Origin: Psychrobacter cryohalolentis K5
GTDB taxonomy: Bacteria > Pseudomonadota > Gammaproteobacteria > Pseudomonadales > Moraxellaceae
Length of the DNA: 32,000 nt
Direction: 5' to 3'
Assembly (NCBI RefSeq): GCF_000013905.1
Contig: NC_007969.1
Coordinates: forward strand, 1,440,001 to 1,472,000
The notes under the pieces were generated by a model. The model did not search any database and was not told the DNA's origin. It saw nothing but the letters and a program-made list of their open reading frames with translations. The position numbers and the translations under genes were made by a program. Below, one piece after another: positions 1 through 8,889 of this stretch (position 1 is its first letter; each line of letters opens with the position of its first letter).

Positions 1-712
1 CAGCGACAACGTTACGCTGAGTTAAGATAGCGCCTTTAGATAGGCCTGTTGTACCACCGGTATATTGTAAAATAGCTTTTTGTTGCAGTGAGGTTTTTGG
101 TGTTTGAAAAGGCAGATTTTTGCCTTTTTTAAGCACATCAGGGAATTTAGTAACATTATACTTAGGGTCATTCAGGTTGTACTTAGGCACTAAGCGTTTG
201 ACCTGACGAATAACAGTGTTGACCAAAATACCCTTTAGTCCCATCATATCGCCCATTTTCGATAGGACAATACGTTTGATGTTCGTCTCTTCAATGACTT
301 GCTCAAGTGCTTGAGCAAAGTTATCGACGACAAAAATAACCTGAGCGCCTGAATCATTGAGTTGATGACGTAGCTCACGACCAGTATATAGTGGGTTGAT
401 AGGGGTGCAAACATAGCCGGCGCGCAATATACCGATCATCGTCGGTAAGTATTGCGGCACGTTTGGCATCATGACTGCCACTACGCTACCTTTGGGGATA
501 TCTTGTGCTTGCAACCAAGCAGCGACAGCAAGAGACGCTTTGTCCACGTCTCCATAAGTATGAGAAACGCCCATACAGATGGTCATAGGATGCATACGGA
601 AGCGGTCAAAACACTCTTCATACAACTCGATGAGACTTTCATACTGATCAGGATTAATAGTCTTGGGTACGTTTGCTGGATATTGAGCAAGCCAAGGTTT
701 ATCTGTTGTCAT
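1..712 (-). CDS. fadD: long-chain-fatty-acid--CoA ligase, 5' part only (N-terminal ~237 aa; the gene continues past the left window edge)
   Basis: Absent from the ORF track because it runs off the edge. Reverse complement from ATG 712..710 reads MTTDKPWLAQYPANVPKTINPDQYESLIELYEECFDRFRMHPMTICMGV... It is colinear with the N-terminus of the complete ligase at 1276..2973. The AMP-binding motif YTGGTTGLSKG is encoded at about 31..66. An AAGGA RBS lies about 9 nt upstream of the ATG. Confidence 0.85.
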   Translation of the reverse strand, partial: MTTDKPWLAQYPANVPKTINPDQYESLIELYEECFDRFRMHPMTICMGVSHTYGDVDKASLAVAAWLQAQDIPKGSVVAVMMPNVPQYLPTMIGILRAGYVCTPINPLYTGRELRHQLNDSGAQVIFVVDNFAQALEQVIEETNIKRIVLSKMGDMMGLKGILVNTVIRQVKRLVPKYNLNDPKYNVTKFPDVLKKGKNLPFQTPKTSLQQKAILQYTGGTTGLSKGAILTQRNVVA

Positions 713-746
713 ACTAAGCGTCCTTAAATTTGCGATCAGTTAAGGC

Positions 747-776
747 TCTATACAAAAGTAGTCACATCCATGTCAA
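747..776 (-). promoter_or_regulatory. candidate sigma70 promoter of the partial fadD copy (-35 TTGACA, 18-nt spacer, -10 TATAGA)
   Basis: On the minus strand, TTGACA is at 776..771 and TATAGA at 752..747, about 35 nt upstream of the RBS. The TTGACA recurs at the same distance (59-60 nt) from the start codon of the second fadD copy. Confidence 0.35.
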
Positions 777-964
777 CAATACGAGTCATCGCCAGTTAAG
801 CGGTGGATTGTCGAGTGCTATCCCATTTATTCACAAACTGCTAAAATACGGCGGCCTTTATACAAGGTGATTGAACTAAAAATTCATTTAACCATACAGA
901 AAACTCATCTGAATAGATTAAATGGCTGGTTTGTAATTATTTTTGAAAAATGTACTGCTGTTTA

Positions 965-982
965 AGGTCAATTAATTGACCT
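965..982. promoter_or_regulatory. perfect 18-bp palindrome AGGTCAATTAATTGACCT (candidate dimeric regulator operator)
   Basis: Read directly from the sequence. It lies in the spacer between the two fadD copies, 253 bp upstream of the ATG at 712. Confidence 0.25.
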
Positions 983-1215
983 CAGTTAAATATATTACTG
1001 ATTCAATATTATAAACAATAGCGTAACATATTTCGGCAATACATTAACATAAGTGTAATTGAGTAAGTTATTGCTATAAAAGAACTTGAGAGTTTGTCGT
1101 TATACTTGATATATTGAAAAATATATGTTGCAACTAAGAATAGTGAAGCGATTGCAGAGATAAGATAGCATATTAAAAATGCTAATAAATTTTAAAATTG
1201 ATCGATGGTATGGTT

Positions 1216-1249
1216 AATAAAAAAGCGCCTTGCATCTAATGCAAGGAGC
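1216..1249 (-). terminator. Rho-independent terminator of fadD (1276..2973)
   Basis: Minus strand: stem CCTTGCA / TGCAAGG (1228..1234 with 1240..1246), 5-nt loop, followed by a T-run (plus-strand A-run about 1218..1224). It starts about 27 nt after the stop codon. Confidence 0.7.
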
Positions 1250-1275
1250 TCTTGACAATTAAAAGACCGCTTTAA

Positions 1276-2973
1276 TTATAGTTGAGGATTGTCTATCATA
1301 TGCTTCTCGCGAAGTTTTTGACGTAATACTTTACCGACGTTACTTTTTGGTAGCTCAGTAACAAACTCGATATGTCGTGGACATTTATAACCAGTCATAT
1401 TGTCTAAAGCAAACTCTTTAATAGAGTTTTTGGTGACATTGTTGTCAGCAGGGACAACATAGATTTTAACCGCTTCACCTTGATTCTCATCAGGGATACC
1501 GATGACAGCACAATCGATAATGCCGTCACAATCAAGCATGACCGACTCGATCTCATTTGGAAATACATTAAATCCTGACACCAAAATCATGTCTTTTTTA
1601 CGGTCTAATAGTCTAAAGTAGCCTTTCTCGTCCATGCTGACGATATCGCCAGTGCGAAAGTAGCCATCTTTGGTAAAGTCATCACTACTGTCTCTATTTA
1701 GATAACCTGAGGTGACGTTAGGTCCTTTGACACACATCTCGCCTGCTTGATTGGCACCGACAGGGTTGCCCTCGTCATCGATAATAATGACATCAACACT
1801 AGGTACAGGGACGCCAATCGTACCATTAAACTTGCGATCAGTGATGACGTTGGCAGTACCAACAGCAACCCCTTCCGTCATTCCCCAACCTTCAATCATA
1901 GCGCAGCCTGTCGTCTCAAGCCAGCGTCTTGCTGTTTGCTCAGTCGCTGCCATGCCGCCTGCTTGTGAGATGCGTAATGAGCTAAAATCTAGGTTTTTAA
2001 AGTTCGGATTGTCGAGTAAGCCTTTAAATAAGGTATTGACCGCAGGGAAAATATGGAAGGGCTGTTTTGATAATGTCTTAATAAAGCCTGGTATATCACG
2101 CGGGTTAGGAACCAATATAAAGGTGTAACCTGCACGCATACCCAGTGAGCTCAGCATAAAGGCAAAAATATGATACAGCGGCAGTGCCATCACCATATTG
2201 ATATATACCTCATTAATCTCTGAGGTAATAGGGCGAGTCCAAGCTTCTGACTGCATCGCGCCTGCGACAATATTACGCTGAGATAAAATAGCGCCTTTAG
2301 AAAGCCCTGTTGTACCACCTGTATATTGCAAAAAGGCGGTTTGACTCAAAGACAGTTTTGGCTTTTGGAACGACAGGTTTTTGCCTTTCTTGAGCACATC
2401 AGGGAACTTAGTGACATCGTATTTTGGGTCATTCAGATTATACTTGGGTACCAAGCGTTTGACCTGACGGATAATGGTGTTGACCAATATACCTTTTAGA
2501 CCCATCATATCGCCCATTTTTGATAGGACAATGTGTTTGATATGGGTTTCTTCAATAACCTGCTCAAGTGCTTGAGCGAAGTTATCGACGACAAAAATAA
2601 CCTGAGCGCCAGAGTCATTCAATTGATGGCGTAGCTCGCGACCAGTATATAGAGGGTTTACGGGTGTACAGATATAACCAGCCCGCAAAATACCAATCAT
2701 CGTTGGCAAGTATTGCGGCACGTTTGGCATCATAAGCGCGACTACGCTACCTTGAGGCAGACCTTTTGCCTGTAACCATGCAGCAACCGCCATAGAGGCT
2801 TTATCGACATCGTCGTAGGTATGAGTAACGCCCATACAGATGGTCATAGGATGCATGCGAAAGCGATCGAAGCACTCTTCATATAGCTCCATGATACTGC
2901 TATATTTGTCTGGATCAATCGTCTTTGGCACACCAATAGGGTAATTTGCAAGCCAAGGTTTATTTGGCGTCAT
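1276..2973 (-). CDS. fadD: long-chain-fatty-acid--CoA ligase (AMP-dependent synthetase/ligase)
   Basis: 565-aa ORF with the AMP-binding signature LQYTGGTTGLSKGA, the GWGMTE and TGDI motifs, and a C-terminal GKVLR. AAGGA RBS about 9 nt upstream. Confidence 0.93.
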   Translation of the reverse strand: MTPNKPWLANYPIGVPKTIDPDKYSSIMELYEECFDRFRMHPMTICMGVTHTYDDVDKASMAVAAWLQAKGLPQGSVVALMMPNVPQYLPTMIGILRAGYICTPVNPLYTGRELRHQLNDSGAQVIFVVDNFAQALEQVIEETHIKHIVLSKMGDMMGLKGILVNTIIRQVKRLVPKYNLNDPKYDVTKFPDVLKKGKNLSFQKPKLSLSQTAFLQYTGGTTGLSKGAILSQRNIVAGAMQSEAWTRPITSEINEVYINMVMALPLYHIFAFMLSSLGMRAGYTFILVPNPRDIPGFIKTLSKQPFHIFPAVNTLFKGLLDNPNFKNLDFSSLRISQAGGMAATEQTARRWLETTGCAMIEGWGMTEGVAVGTANVITDRKFNGTIGVPVPSVDVIIIDDEGNPVGANQAGEMCVKGPNVTSGYLNRDSSDDFTKDGYFRTGDIVSMDEKGYFRLLDRKKDMILVSGFNVFPNEIESVMLDCDGIIDCAVIGIPDENQGEAVKIYVVPADNNVTKNSIKEFALDNMTGYKCPRHIEFVTELPKSNVGKVLRQKLREKHMIDNPQL

Positions 2974-3008
2974 AGTCAGCGTCCTTGAAATATGAGAGAG
3001 GTTAAATG

Positions 3009-3038
3009 TTGCTAGCTAAGCAGTCAGATCCTTGTCAA
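3009..3038 (-). promoter_or_regulatory. candidate promoter of fadD 1276..2973 (-35 TTGACA conserved with the paralogue; -10 weak, TAGCAA)
   Basis: TTGACA on the minus strand at 3038..3033, 60 nt from the ATG, the same spacing as in the other copy. The -10 match is poor. Confidence 0.25.
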
Positions 3039-3589
3039 TAAAAAAACAGCGCTGACATAAAAGCGATCGCTGAATTTAATAATATCCTTATCCATTGACA
3101 GACTGCTGGTGTTATTGGGTTATTTGGCATCAGTAAATGGTAAAAAATAAGTGTTTAATTAAGAAGCTATCTGAGTAATCTTAAAAAACTAGCTGAATTA
3201 ATTTTTTCTACCAACCATCTACCACAAAAAAATAATATATCAAATATATAATGATACATTTAAGCAATACGTTAGCATGAATCTAGGCTAAGGCACTATG
3301 ATGATAAGAGTACTGCTCAGTACAGGAAATATCCTTATAAATGAATATATAGCAAGGTCTATAGCCAGCTCAATGTAAAAATGATACAGCGAGGCTGGAA
3401 TAAATGTTTTGCAGTCCTTGTAGGCATAGCATGCTTCACAGGGGCTACGAAAAGTCTATAGCAGTAGAGCTGTATCGGTTTTAAATCAAATCGATTCTAT
3501 ATATCATACAAAAAGAGAAGATGACTAATTATTGTCGTAGGAAAAACAGATTTTTCTAAAGATATTTAAGAAATCAATTATTATAGAAG

Positions 3590-4171
3590 CTACTTATTGT
3601 ATTCTGAAATTGCTTGCTCAATAGCAACACGCAATTTTTTTGGCACACGAATAGGGCGCATTGGCGCGGTATTTGAGATGGTTTTATTTGACGCATCATT
3701 CTCTATAGCATCCGGTGTGATTTGATTTTGTACACAGGCAACAACGATTTTAGTGCTGCTTAGCAAAACCGCTTTTACAGTGTCGGTAGTGTTCTCTTGA
3801 GAGGGCTGACGATAAATGCTTTGATAAAATACAATGCTGGCAGGTTTTATCTCAACGTTATCAATGCGTACATTAATGACCTCATCTAATAAAATAGCGC
3901 GCTTATATTGCAAGTCCGCTTGAGTGACGACGAAATGCTGAATCTGACCGTCATTGGTCTCCAAGAAATAACCATTTAATCCCAATTGAGTAAACCAATC
4001 GCGGCGGCAGTTTTCAAAGAATACTAAGTGATTGGCATGATAGACTATACCGCCAGCATCAGTATGATTGATGTAGACATTATAGTTGGTCGCAAATAAC
4101 GGCGTAATTATGTGAGGTTTTGATACGGCAGTTGGGTTCTTATCAGTTGCTTTTGTCATAATAATGCTCAA
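3590..4171 (-). CDS. acyl-CoA thioesterase, YbgC/FadM (4HBT hotdog) family
   Basis: 193-aa ORF. INHTDAGGIVYHANHLVFFENCRRDWFTQLGL matches the catalytic N-terminal region of YbgC-type hotdog thioesterases. The track start at 4171 is TTG; the first ATG is at 4159. No clear RBS for either. Confidence 0.75.
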   Translation of the reverse strand: MSIIMTKATDKNPTAVSKPHIITPLFATNYNVYINHTDAGGIVYHANHLVFFENCRRDWFTQLGLNGYFLETNDGQIQHFVVTQADLQYKRAILLDEVINVRIDNVEIKPASIVFYQSIYRQPSQENTTDTVKAVLLSSTKIVVACVQNQITPDAIENDASNKTISNTAPMRPIRVPKKLRVAIEQAISEYNK

Positions 4172-4476
4172 TAGATTTTTAATAATAGGGTGTTATAAGT
4201 TGTTTAAATGCCGCTGCTTGATAAGCATGATTTAATAAAAAGTAGGATAGTCAATAAGAGTGGCTTGATAGCATGTTTTGATAAAATGACACGGCAAACA
4301 GCCAAGTAATTAGACCAAACAAACACTCTAACTCAAGATATAAAAGGGTGCAACAGCTAGCGCTGTCTATGTCTGTTATCATAACCGTATTTGTTTTATT
4401 TTAGATTTATTTATAAGTGCATTTTAAAACTGCATTTACTTATCAAAGCAGTTATTTATATAGGATAGGATAATTT

Positions 4477-5301
4477 ATGACCCGTTTTGTTTGTTTTAAT
4501 ATCAATGGTATCCGAGCTCGTCAACATCAGCTGGAGGCGGTGCGAGATATTATCGATCCTGATGTCATGGGTCTGCAAGAAACCAAGGTGCATGATGAGC
4601 AGTTTCCCCTTGAAAATGTAGAAGGCTTGGGCTATCACGTCGAGTATTTTGGACAGAAAGCGCATTACGGTGTGGCATTATTATCGAAAGTTGCGCCTAT
4701 TTTTGTGCAAAAGGGTTTCCCTAACGAAGATGAAGAGGCGCAAAAACGTTTTATTCATGCGCGTTATGAGTTTGATGGGCGTGAGATTGATGTGCTCAAT
4801 GGCTATTTCCCACAGGGTGAGAGTCAAGATCATCCGACCAAATTTCCGATGAAACGTGCTTATTATGCTGATTTAATGGCCTATATTGATACGCTAAAAG
4901 CAGAAGGGCGCTCGCTAGTGATTATGGGGGATATGAATATTGCCCCAGAAGACATCGATATTGGAATCGGTGAAGTAAATGCTAAGCGCTGGTTGAAAAA
5001 TAGAAAAACTTCCTTCCTACCTGAGGAGCGTGAGTGGTATAGCAATCTTATGTCACGTGAGTTGACTGATACCTACCGTTTGCATTATCCAGAAAGCACC
5101 GAATTATACAGCTGGTTTGATTATCGCAGTCGCGGTTTTGATGATGATCCTAAGCGTGGATTGCGTATTGATCATATTTTATGTACGCCTGATCTTGTTG
5201 AATGTTGTGTTGATGCGGGTATCAGCTATGAGCTGCGCGCTATGGAAAAACCCTCTGACCATGCGCCTATTTGGACAGCATTTGATTTAAACAAAGTATG
5301 A
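4477..5301 (+). CDS. xthA: exodeoxyribonuclease III
   Basis: 274-aa ORF with N-terminus FNINGIRAR, then LQETK and a C-terminal SDHAP, typical of ExoIII/AP endonuclease. AGGA RBS upstream. Confidence 0.92.
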   Translation: MTRFVCFNINGIRARQHQLEAVRDIIDPDVMGLQETKVHDEQFPLENVEGLGYHVEYFGQKAHYGVALLSKVAPIFVQKGFPNEDEEAQKRFIHARYEFDGREIDVLNGYFPQGESQDHPTKFPMKRAYYADLMAYIDTLKAEGRSLVIMGDMNIAPEDIDIGIGEVNAKRWLKNRKTSFLPEEREWYSNLMSRELTDTYRLHYPESTELYSWFDYRSRGFDDDPKRGLRIDHILCTPDLVECCVDAGISYELRAMEKPSDHAPIWTAFDLNKV

Positions 5302-5370
5302 TGTTTTTACTATTACGACTAAGGCTTTACAATCAATAAAAATATACCAATATCAATAATTAAGGAGTGA

Positions 5371-6597
5371 ATGATGGCAGTTGGTAATGTTGCAGTACCT
5401 GAGACGATTTATCCTATTGAAGGCATCAAATTAAGCGCTACCGCAGCAGGCGTACGTTATAAAAATCGTGATGATTTGGTAGTTATTGAGATCGCAGCTG
5501 ATGCGGCTACTGCTGTCGTGACAACCAAAAACGCATTTTGCGCTGCGCCTGTGCGCGTATTACGTGAACACTTTGCTGCAGCTTCTCCGCGCTATTTGGT
5601 GACCAATACTGGTAATGCTAATGCTGGAACCGGTGCTGATGGCAAACGCCGCGCCACAGATATCTGTGCGGCATTGGCTGCTAAAGCTGGCGTGGCTAGT
5701 GATACTGTATTGCCATTTTCGACGGGTGTTATTGGTGAGCCATTAAATAGTGAGGCAATTATCGCAGGACTAGACAACGCATTAGCCAATCTAGCGCCTG
5801 ATAATTGGCTTGCTGCTGCAAATGGTATCCGTACAACGGATACGATTCCAAAGCTCGCGAGTAAAAAAATCGATGCTGATGGTAGTAGTTATCATATTAC
5901 GGGGATGTCAAAAGGCTCAGGCATGATACGTCCCAATATGGCAACCATGCTTGGCTATGTTGCAACCGATGCCAATATTGCTGCTGACTTATTACAAGAG
6001 ATGTTAAGTGCTATCAATGAGCAGTCTTTTAACCGTATTACGGTCGATGGTGATACCTCGACCAATGATTGTTGTGTATTGATAGCGACAGGTGCTGCGA
6101 GCTCAGATATCATTGATAGCCCTGAGCACCCACATTATCAGCCAATGTTTGATGCGTTAGCTGAAGTCTTTATACGTTTGGCACAACTGATCGTACGTGA
6201 TGGTGAAGGCGCCACCAAATTTATGACAGTTAAAGTTACAGGTGGCAAAACCACACAAGAATGCTGCGATGTGGCATATGCCGTTGCGCATTCACCCTTG
6301 ATTAAAACGGCATTTTTTGCCAGTGATGCCAACTGGGGTCGTATATTAGCAGCCGTCGGTTATGCTGGGATTGAAGACCTTGATACCGAACAAGTCGATG
6401 TCTACTTAGACGAAGTTATGATTTGTCAAAATGGTGGTGTCGCGCCAAACTATACGGAAGAGGCGGGCAAGACGGTCATGAGTCGCCCTGAGATTACCAT
6501 TCATATCGATCTTGCACGCGGTGATGCCCATGACACCGTTTATACCTGCGATTTATCTTACGACTATGTCAAAATAAATGCGGACTATCGTAGCTAA
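5371..6597 (+). CDS. argJ: bifunctional glutamate N-acetyltransferase / amino-acid acetyltransferase
   Basis: 408-aa ORF with the autoprocessing site region PNMATMLGYVATDA and ending ...INADYRS, typical of ArgJ. AAGGAG RBS at 5362..5367. The second ATG at 5374 has better spacing and may be the true start. Confidence 0.92.
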   Translation: MMAVGNVAVPETIYPIEGIKLSATAAGVRYKNRDDLVVIEIAADAATAVVTTKNAFCAAPVRVLREHFAAASPRYLVTNTGNANAGTGADGKRRATDICAALAAKAGVASDTVLPFSTGVIGEPLNSEAIIAGLDNALANLAPDNWLAAANGIRTTDTIPKLASKKIDADGSSYHITGMSKGSGMIRPNMATMLGYVATDANIAADLLQEMLSAINEQSFNRITVDGDTSTNDCCVLIATGAASSDIIDSPEHPHYQPMFDALAEVFIRLAQLIVRDGEGATKFMTVKVTGGKTTQECCDVAYAVAHSPLIKTAFFASDANWGRILAAVGYAGIEDLDTEQVDVYLDEVMICQNGGVAPNYTEEAGKTVMSRPEITIHIDLARGDAHDTVYTCDLSYDYVKINADYRS

Positions 6598-6621
6598 ACA
6601 ACCTTAATACTTAATTATAAA

Positions 6622-6660
6622 GAACGCTCAGAATCATCATGATTCTGAGCGTTTTTTATT
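6622..6660 (+). terminator. Rho-independent terminator of argJ
   Basis: 15-bp perfect stem AACGCTCAGAATCAT / ATGATTCTGAGCGTT (6623..6637 with 6639..6653), followed by TTTTTT. Confidence 0.85.
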
Positions 6661-6915
6661 TAGTATTTTAAACTGATATCATTGAAAGTAGGATGTATTT
6701 GTCGGTAATATCAAAAATATTTACTTACTATTGATTAACAACAGTTGCAAAAGCTGACGTTAAGTTACAAAGCAGTTATAGAGGCGCAGTTACTTTGCGC
6801 CCTATACTGGTCGAGTTAATAATAAATGCTTAAGTGATATCGAAAAACCAGTTATTCTAAAATGAATAAATCGAGTCCAAACAAATAAAACTATGAATAC
6901 ATTGAGGATTTTATA

Positions 6916-7314
6916 ATGAAAAAGTTAGCATTAGCAGCAGTGATGGCAACGTTTGTTTTATCAGGTTGTTCAACCATGGCAACTGACGATACGCGTACCA
7001 TGGTCATTGAAGGTGAACCAGCAGTGGTTAAAGTCATTAACATTCCAAGTTTTAAAATAGAGATAGCCCCGCTGAAAGCAGTTTGTGAGCTACAAGCTTC
7101 TAATGGTGCCATGATTGAGTCAGAGTGCTTGCAGTATCGCCAAACGTATCAGAAAAACTACACCCCTTTAAATGGTAATATTCAAGGCTTTACGTATGAG
7201 CCAAATTATCGTTATGTTTTGGACGTTCGCCAAGAAGCGATGATGGATGAAGTAACGAATGCAGTTAAGCCAGTTTGGATACTTAACCAAGTAGTGTCAA
7301 AAAAAGCGGAATAA
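6916..7314 (+). CDS. lipoprotein, DUF4377-like
   Basis: Signal peptide with lipobox MKKLALAAVMATFVLSGC. The C-terminal pattern C...ECL...IQGFTYEPNYRYVLDV...W.L resembles DUF4377 as I remember it. GAGGA RBS 8 nt upstream. Confidence 0.7.
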   Translation: MKKLALAAVMATFVLSGCSTMATDDTRTMVIEGEPAVVKVINIPSFKIEIAPLKAVCELQASNGAMIESECLQYRQTYQKNYTPLNGNIQGFTYEPNYRYVLDVRQEAMMDEVTNAVKPVWILNQVVSKKAE

Positions 7315-7375
7315 TTGCTCATTAAGTATCTTTTGCAATAAATAGCACTACCGTTAGTTCAATAGTAGTTAGCTC

Positions 7376-7411
7376 AAAAAAAGACCTCTAATGATTAGAG
7401 GTCTTTTTTTA
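7376..7411. terminator. bidirectional Rho-independent terminator between the lipoprotein gene and sdaA
   Basis: Stem AGACCTCTA / TAGAGGTCT (7382..7390 with 7396..7404), flanked by an A-run on the left and a T-run on the right. Confidence 0.85.
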
Positions 7412-7455
7412 TAATAGGTTTTATATGTTCTATTGAATTATAAGCTGCCCAATCA

Positions 7456-8889
7456 TTAGCACTGGCTGTATTTTACGCTGACGCCATGAGTGGCAGTCGG
7501 TATACGGTTGTCAGCATATACTGCCAATCCACCGCGAGAAGTTTCTTTGTATTTATCTAACATGTCAGCACCAGTAACTTTCATAGTTTCAATGACTTTG
7601 TCTAAAGAGACAAAATGTTGACCGTTACCACGACAGGCAAGTCGTGCAGCATTGACTGCTTTGACTGCGCCCATCGCATTGCGCTCGATACAAGGGACTT
7701 GGACTAAGCCACCAACAGGATCACAGGTCAGACCCAAGTTATGCTCGATACCAATCTCAGCAGCATTAAGACATTTAGCAGGATCTCCGCCTAGGATTTC
7801 TGCCAATGCAGACGCCGCCATTGCACAAGCTGAACCGACTTCACCTTGACAGCCAACTTCAGCACCCGATATTGAAGCGTTTTGTTTGATTAAGCTGCCA
7901 ATTGCTGTGGCATTTAACAAAAACTTGCGCGCGCCATCAAGGCTATAGTTTGATAAAAAATCGCGATAATAATGCATCACTGCAGGAATGATACCTGCGG
8001 CGCCGTTGGTAGGAGCGGTGACCACATTGCCGCCATTGGCGTTTTCTTCATTGACTGCTAAAGCATATAAATCAATCCAATCCATCGCAACCAATTTGTC
8101 ATTTTGCGCAATCGGCTGATCTTTTTCAGCACACAGTTGCACGTATAATGCTTGAGCACGGCGTCTCACATCTAAGCCACCCGGTAAAATACCGCTGTTT
8201 TGGCAGCCACGGGTCACACAATCTTGCATCGACTCCCAAATAGAATCTAAATACGCAAATACTTCTGCCTGCTCACGGTAATGGCATTCGTTTGCTAATA
8301 CCAGCTCGCTCACGCTCAAGTGATGTTTACGGCATTGTTCTAATAGCTCTGCGGCGCTATTAAAAGGATAAGGAATCACATCGATAGTCGGCGTTGCATT
8401 ATCTTCATCAGGATTGGTCGCATCTTCTTCATTGATAACAAATCCACCTCCTACGGAATAATAAGTCTGCTGATAATGGCTGCCATTCGCCAAAGACACA
8501 CGAATAGTCATAGCATTCGGATGATAAGGTAGAACCGTCTCATCATACCAGTGAATATCACGCTCTGTATCAAAAGCAATAACGTGCTCGCCTGCGATAT
8601 TGAGTTGATTGTCTGAAAAGATCGGTGCTAGATATTCACTGGTCAAACGCGTATCGATGGTGCTAGGTGCATGACCAAGTAAGCCCAGTAATATGGCAGT
8701 ATCTGTAGCATGTCCTTTACCAGTTGCCGCAAGCGAGCCATATAACTCAATCTCTAAAGACTGGATGTCGCTCAGATTGGTTTGCTTTAGGAGTGACTGT
8801 ACAAACAAGTTAGCCGCTATCATAGGACCAACCGTATGAGAGCTTGATGGGCCAACGCCGATTTTGAATAAATCAAAGACACTAATCAT
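7456..8889 (-). CDS. sdaA: L-serine ammonia-lyase (L-serine dehydratase, iron-sulfur dependent, single chain)
   Basis: 477-aa ORF starting [23 protein letters not shown], the hallmark N-terminus of SdaA/SdaB. The C-terminal alpha domain has a [14 protein letters not shown] motif. Confidence 0.93.
   Translation of the reverse strand: MISVFDLFKIGVGPSSSHTVGPMIAANLFVQSLLKQTNLSDIQSLEIELYGSLAATGKGHATDTAILLGLLGHAPSTIDTRLTSEYLAPIFSDNQLNIAGEHVIAFDTERDIHWYDETVLPYHPNAMTIRVSLANGSHYQQTYYSVGGGFVINEEDATNPDEDNATPTIDVIPYPFNSAAELLEQCRKHHLSVSELVLANECHYREQAEVFAYLDSIWESMQDCVTRGCQNSGILPGGLDVRRRAQALYVQLCAEKDQPIAQNDKLVAMDWIDLYALAVNEENANGGNVVTAPTNGAAGIIPAVMHYYRDFLSNYSLDGARKFLLNATAIGSLIKQNASISGAEVGCQGEVGSACAMAASALAEILGGDPAKCLNAAEIGIEHNLGLTCDPVGGLVQVPCIERNAMGAVKAVNAARLACRGNGQHFVSLDKVIETMKVTGADMLDKYKETSRGGLAVYADNRIPTATHGVSVKYSQC

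Noticed and set aside
452-727. 91-aa plus-strand ORF from the track.
   Set aside because: It lies entirely antisense to the partial fadD coding sequence (1..712), which has strong homology support. It is a typical shadow ORF.
1747-2128. 73-aa and 125-aa plus-strand ORFs inside fadD.
   Set aside because: Antisense shadow ORFs within a well-supported 565-aa ligase gene. No RBS or recognisable motifs.
3298-3378. 26-codon plus-strand ORF (MMIRVLLSTGNILINEYIARSIASSM) in the thioesterase-fadD spacer.
   Set aside because: No RBS, no recognisable motif, and it is antisense to the direction of both flanking genes. It is mentioned only as something ribosome profiling could test.
4456-4852. 69-aa minus-strand ORF and 67-aa plus-strand ORF overlapping xthA.
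   Set aside because: They overlap the confidently identified xthA in other frames or on the other strand. No independent support.
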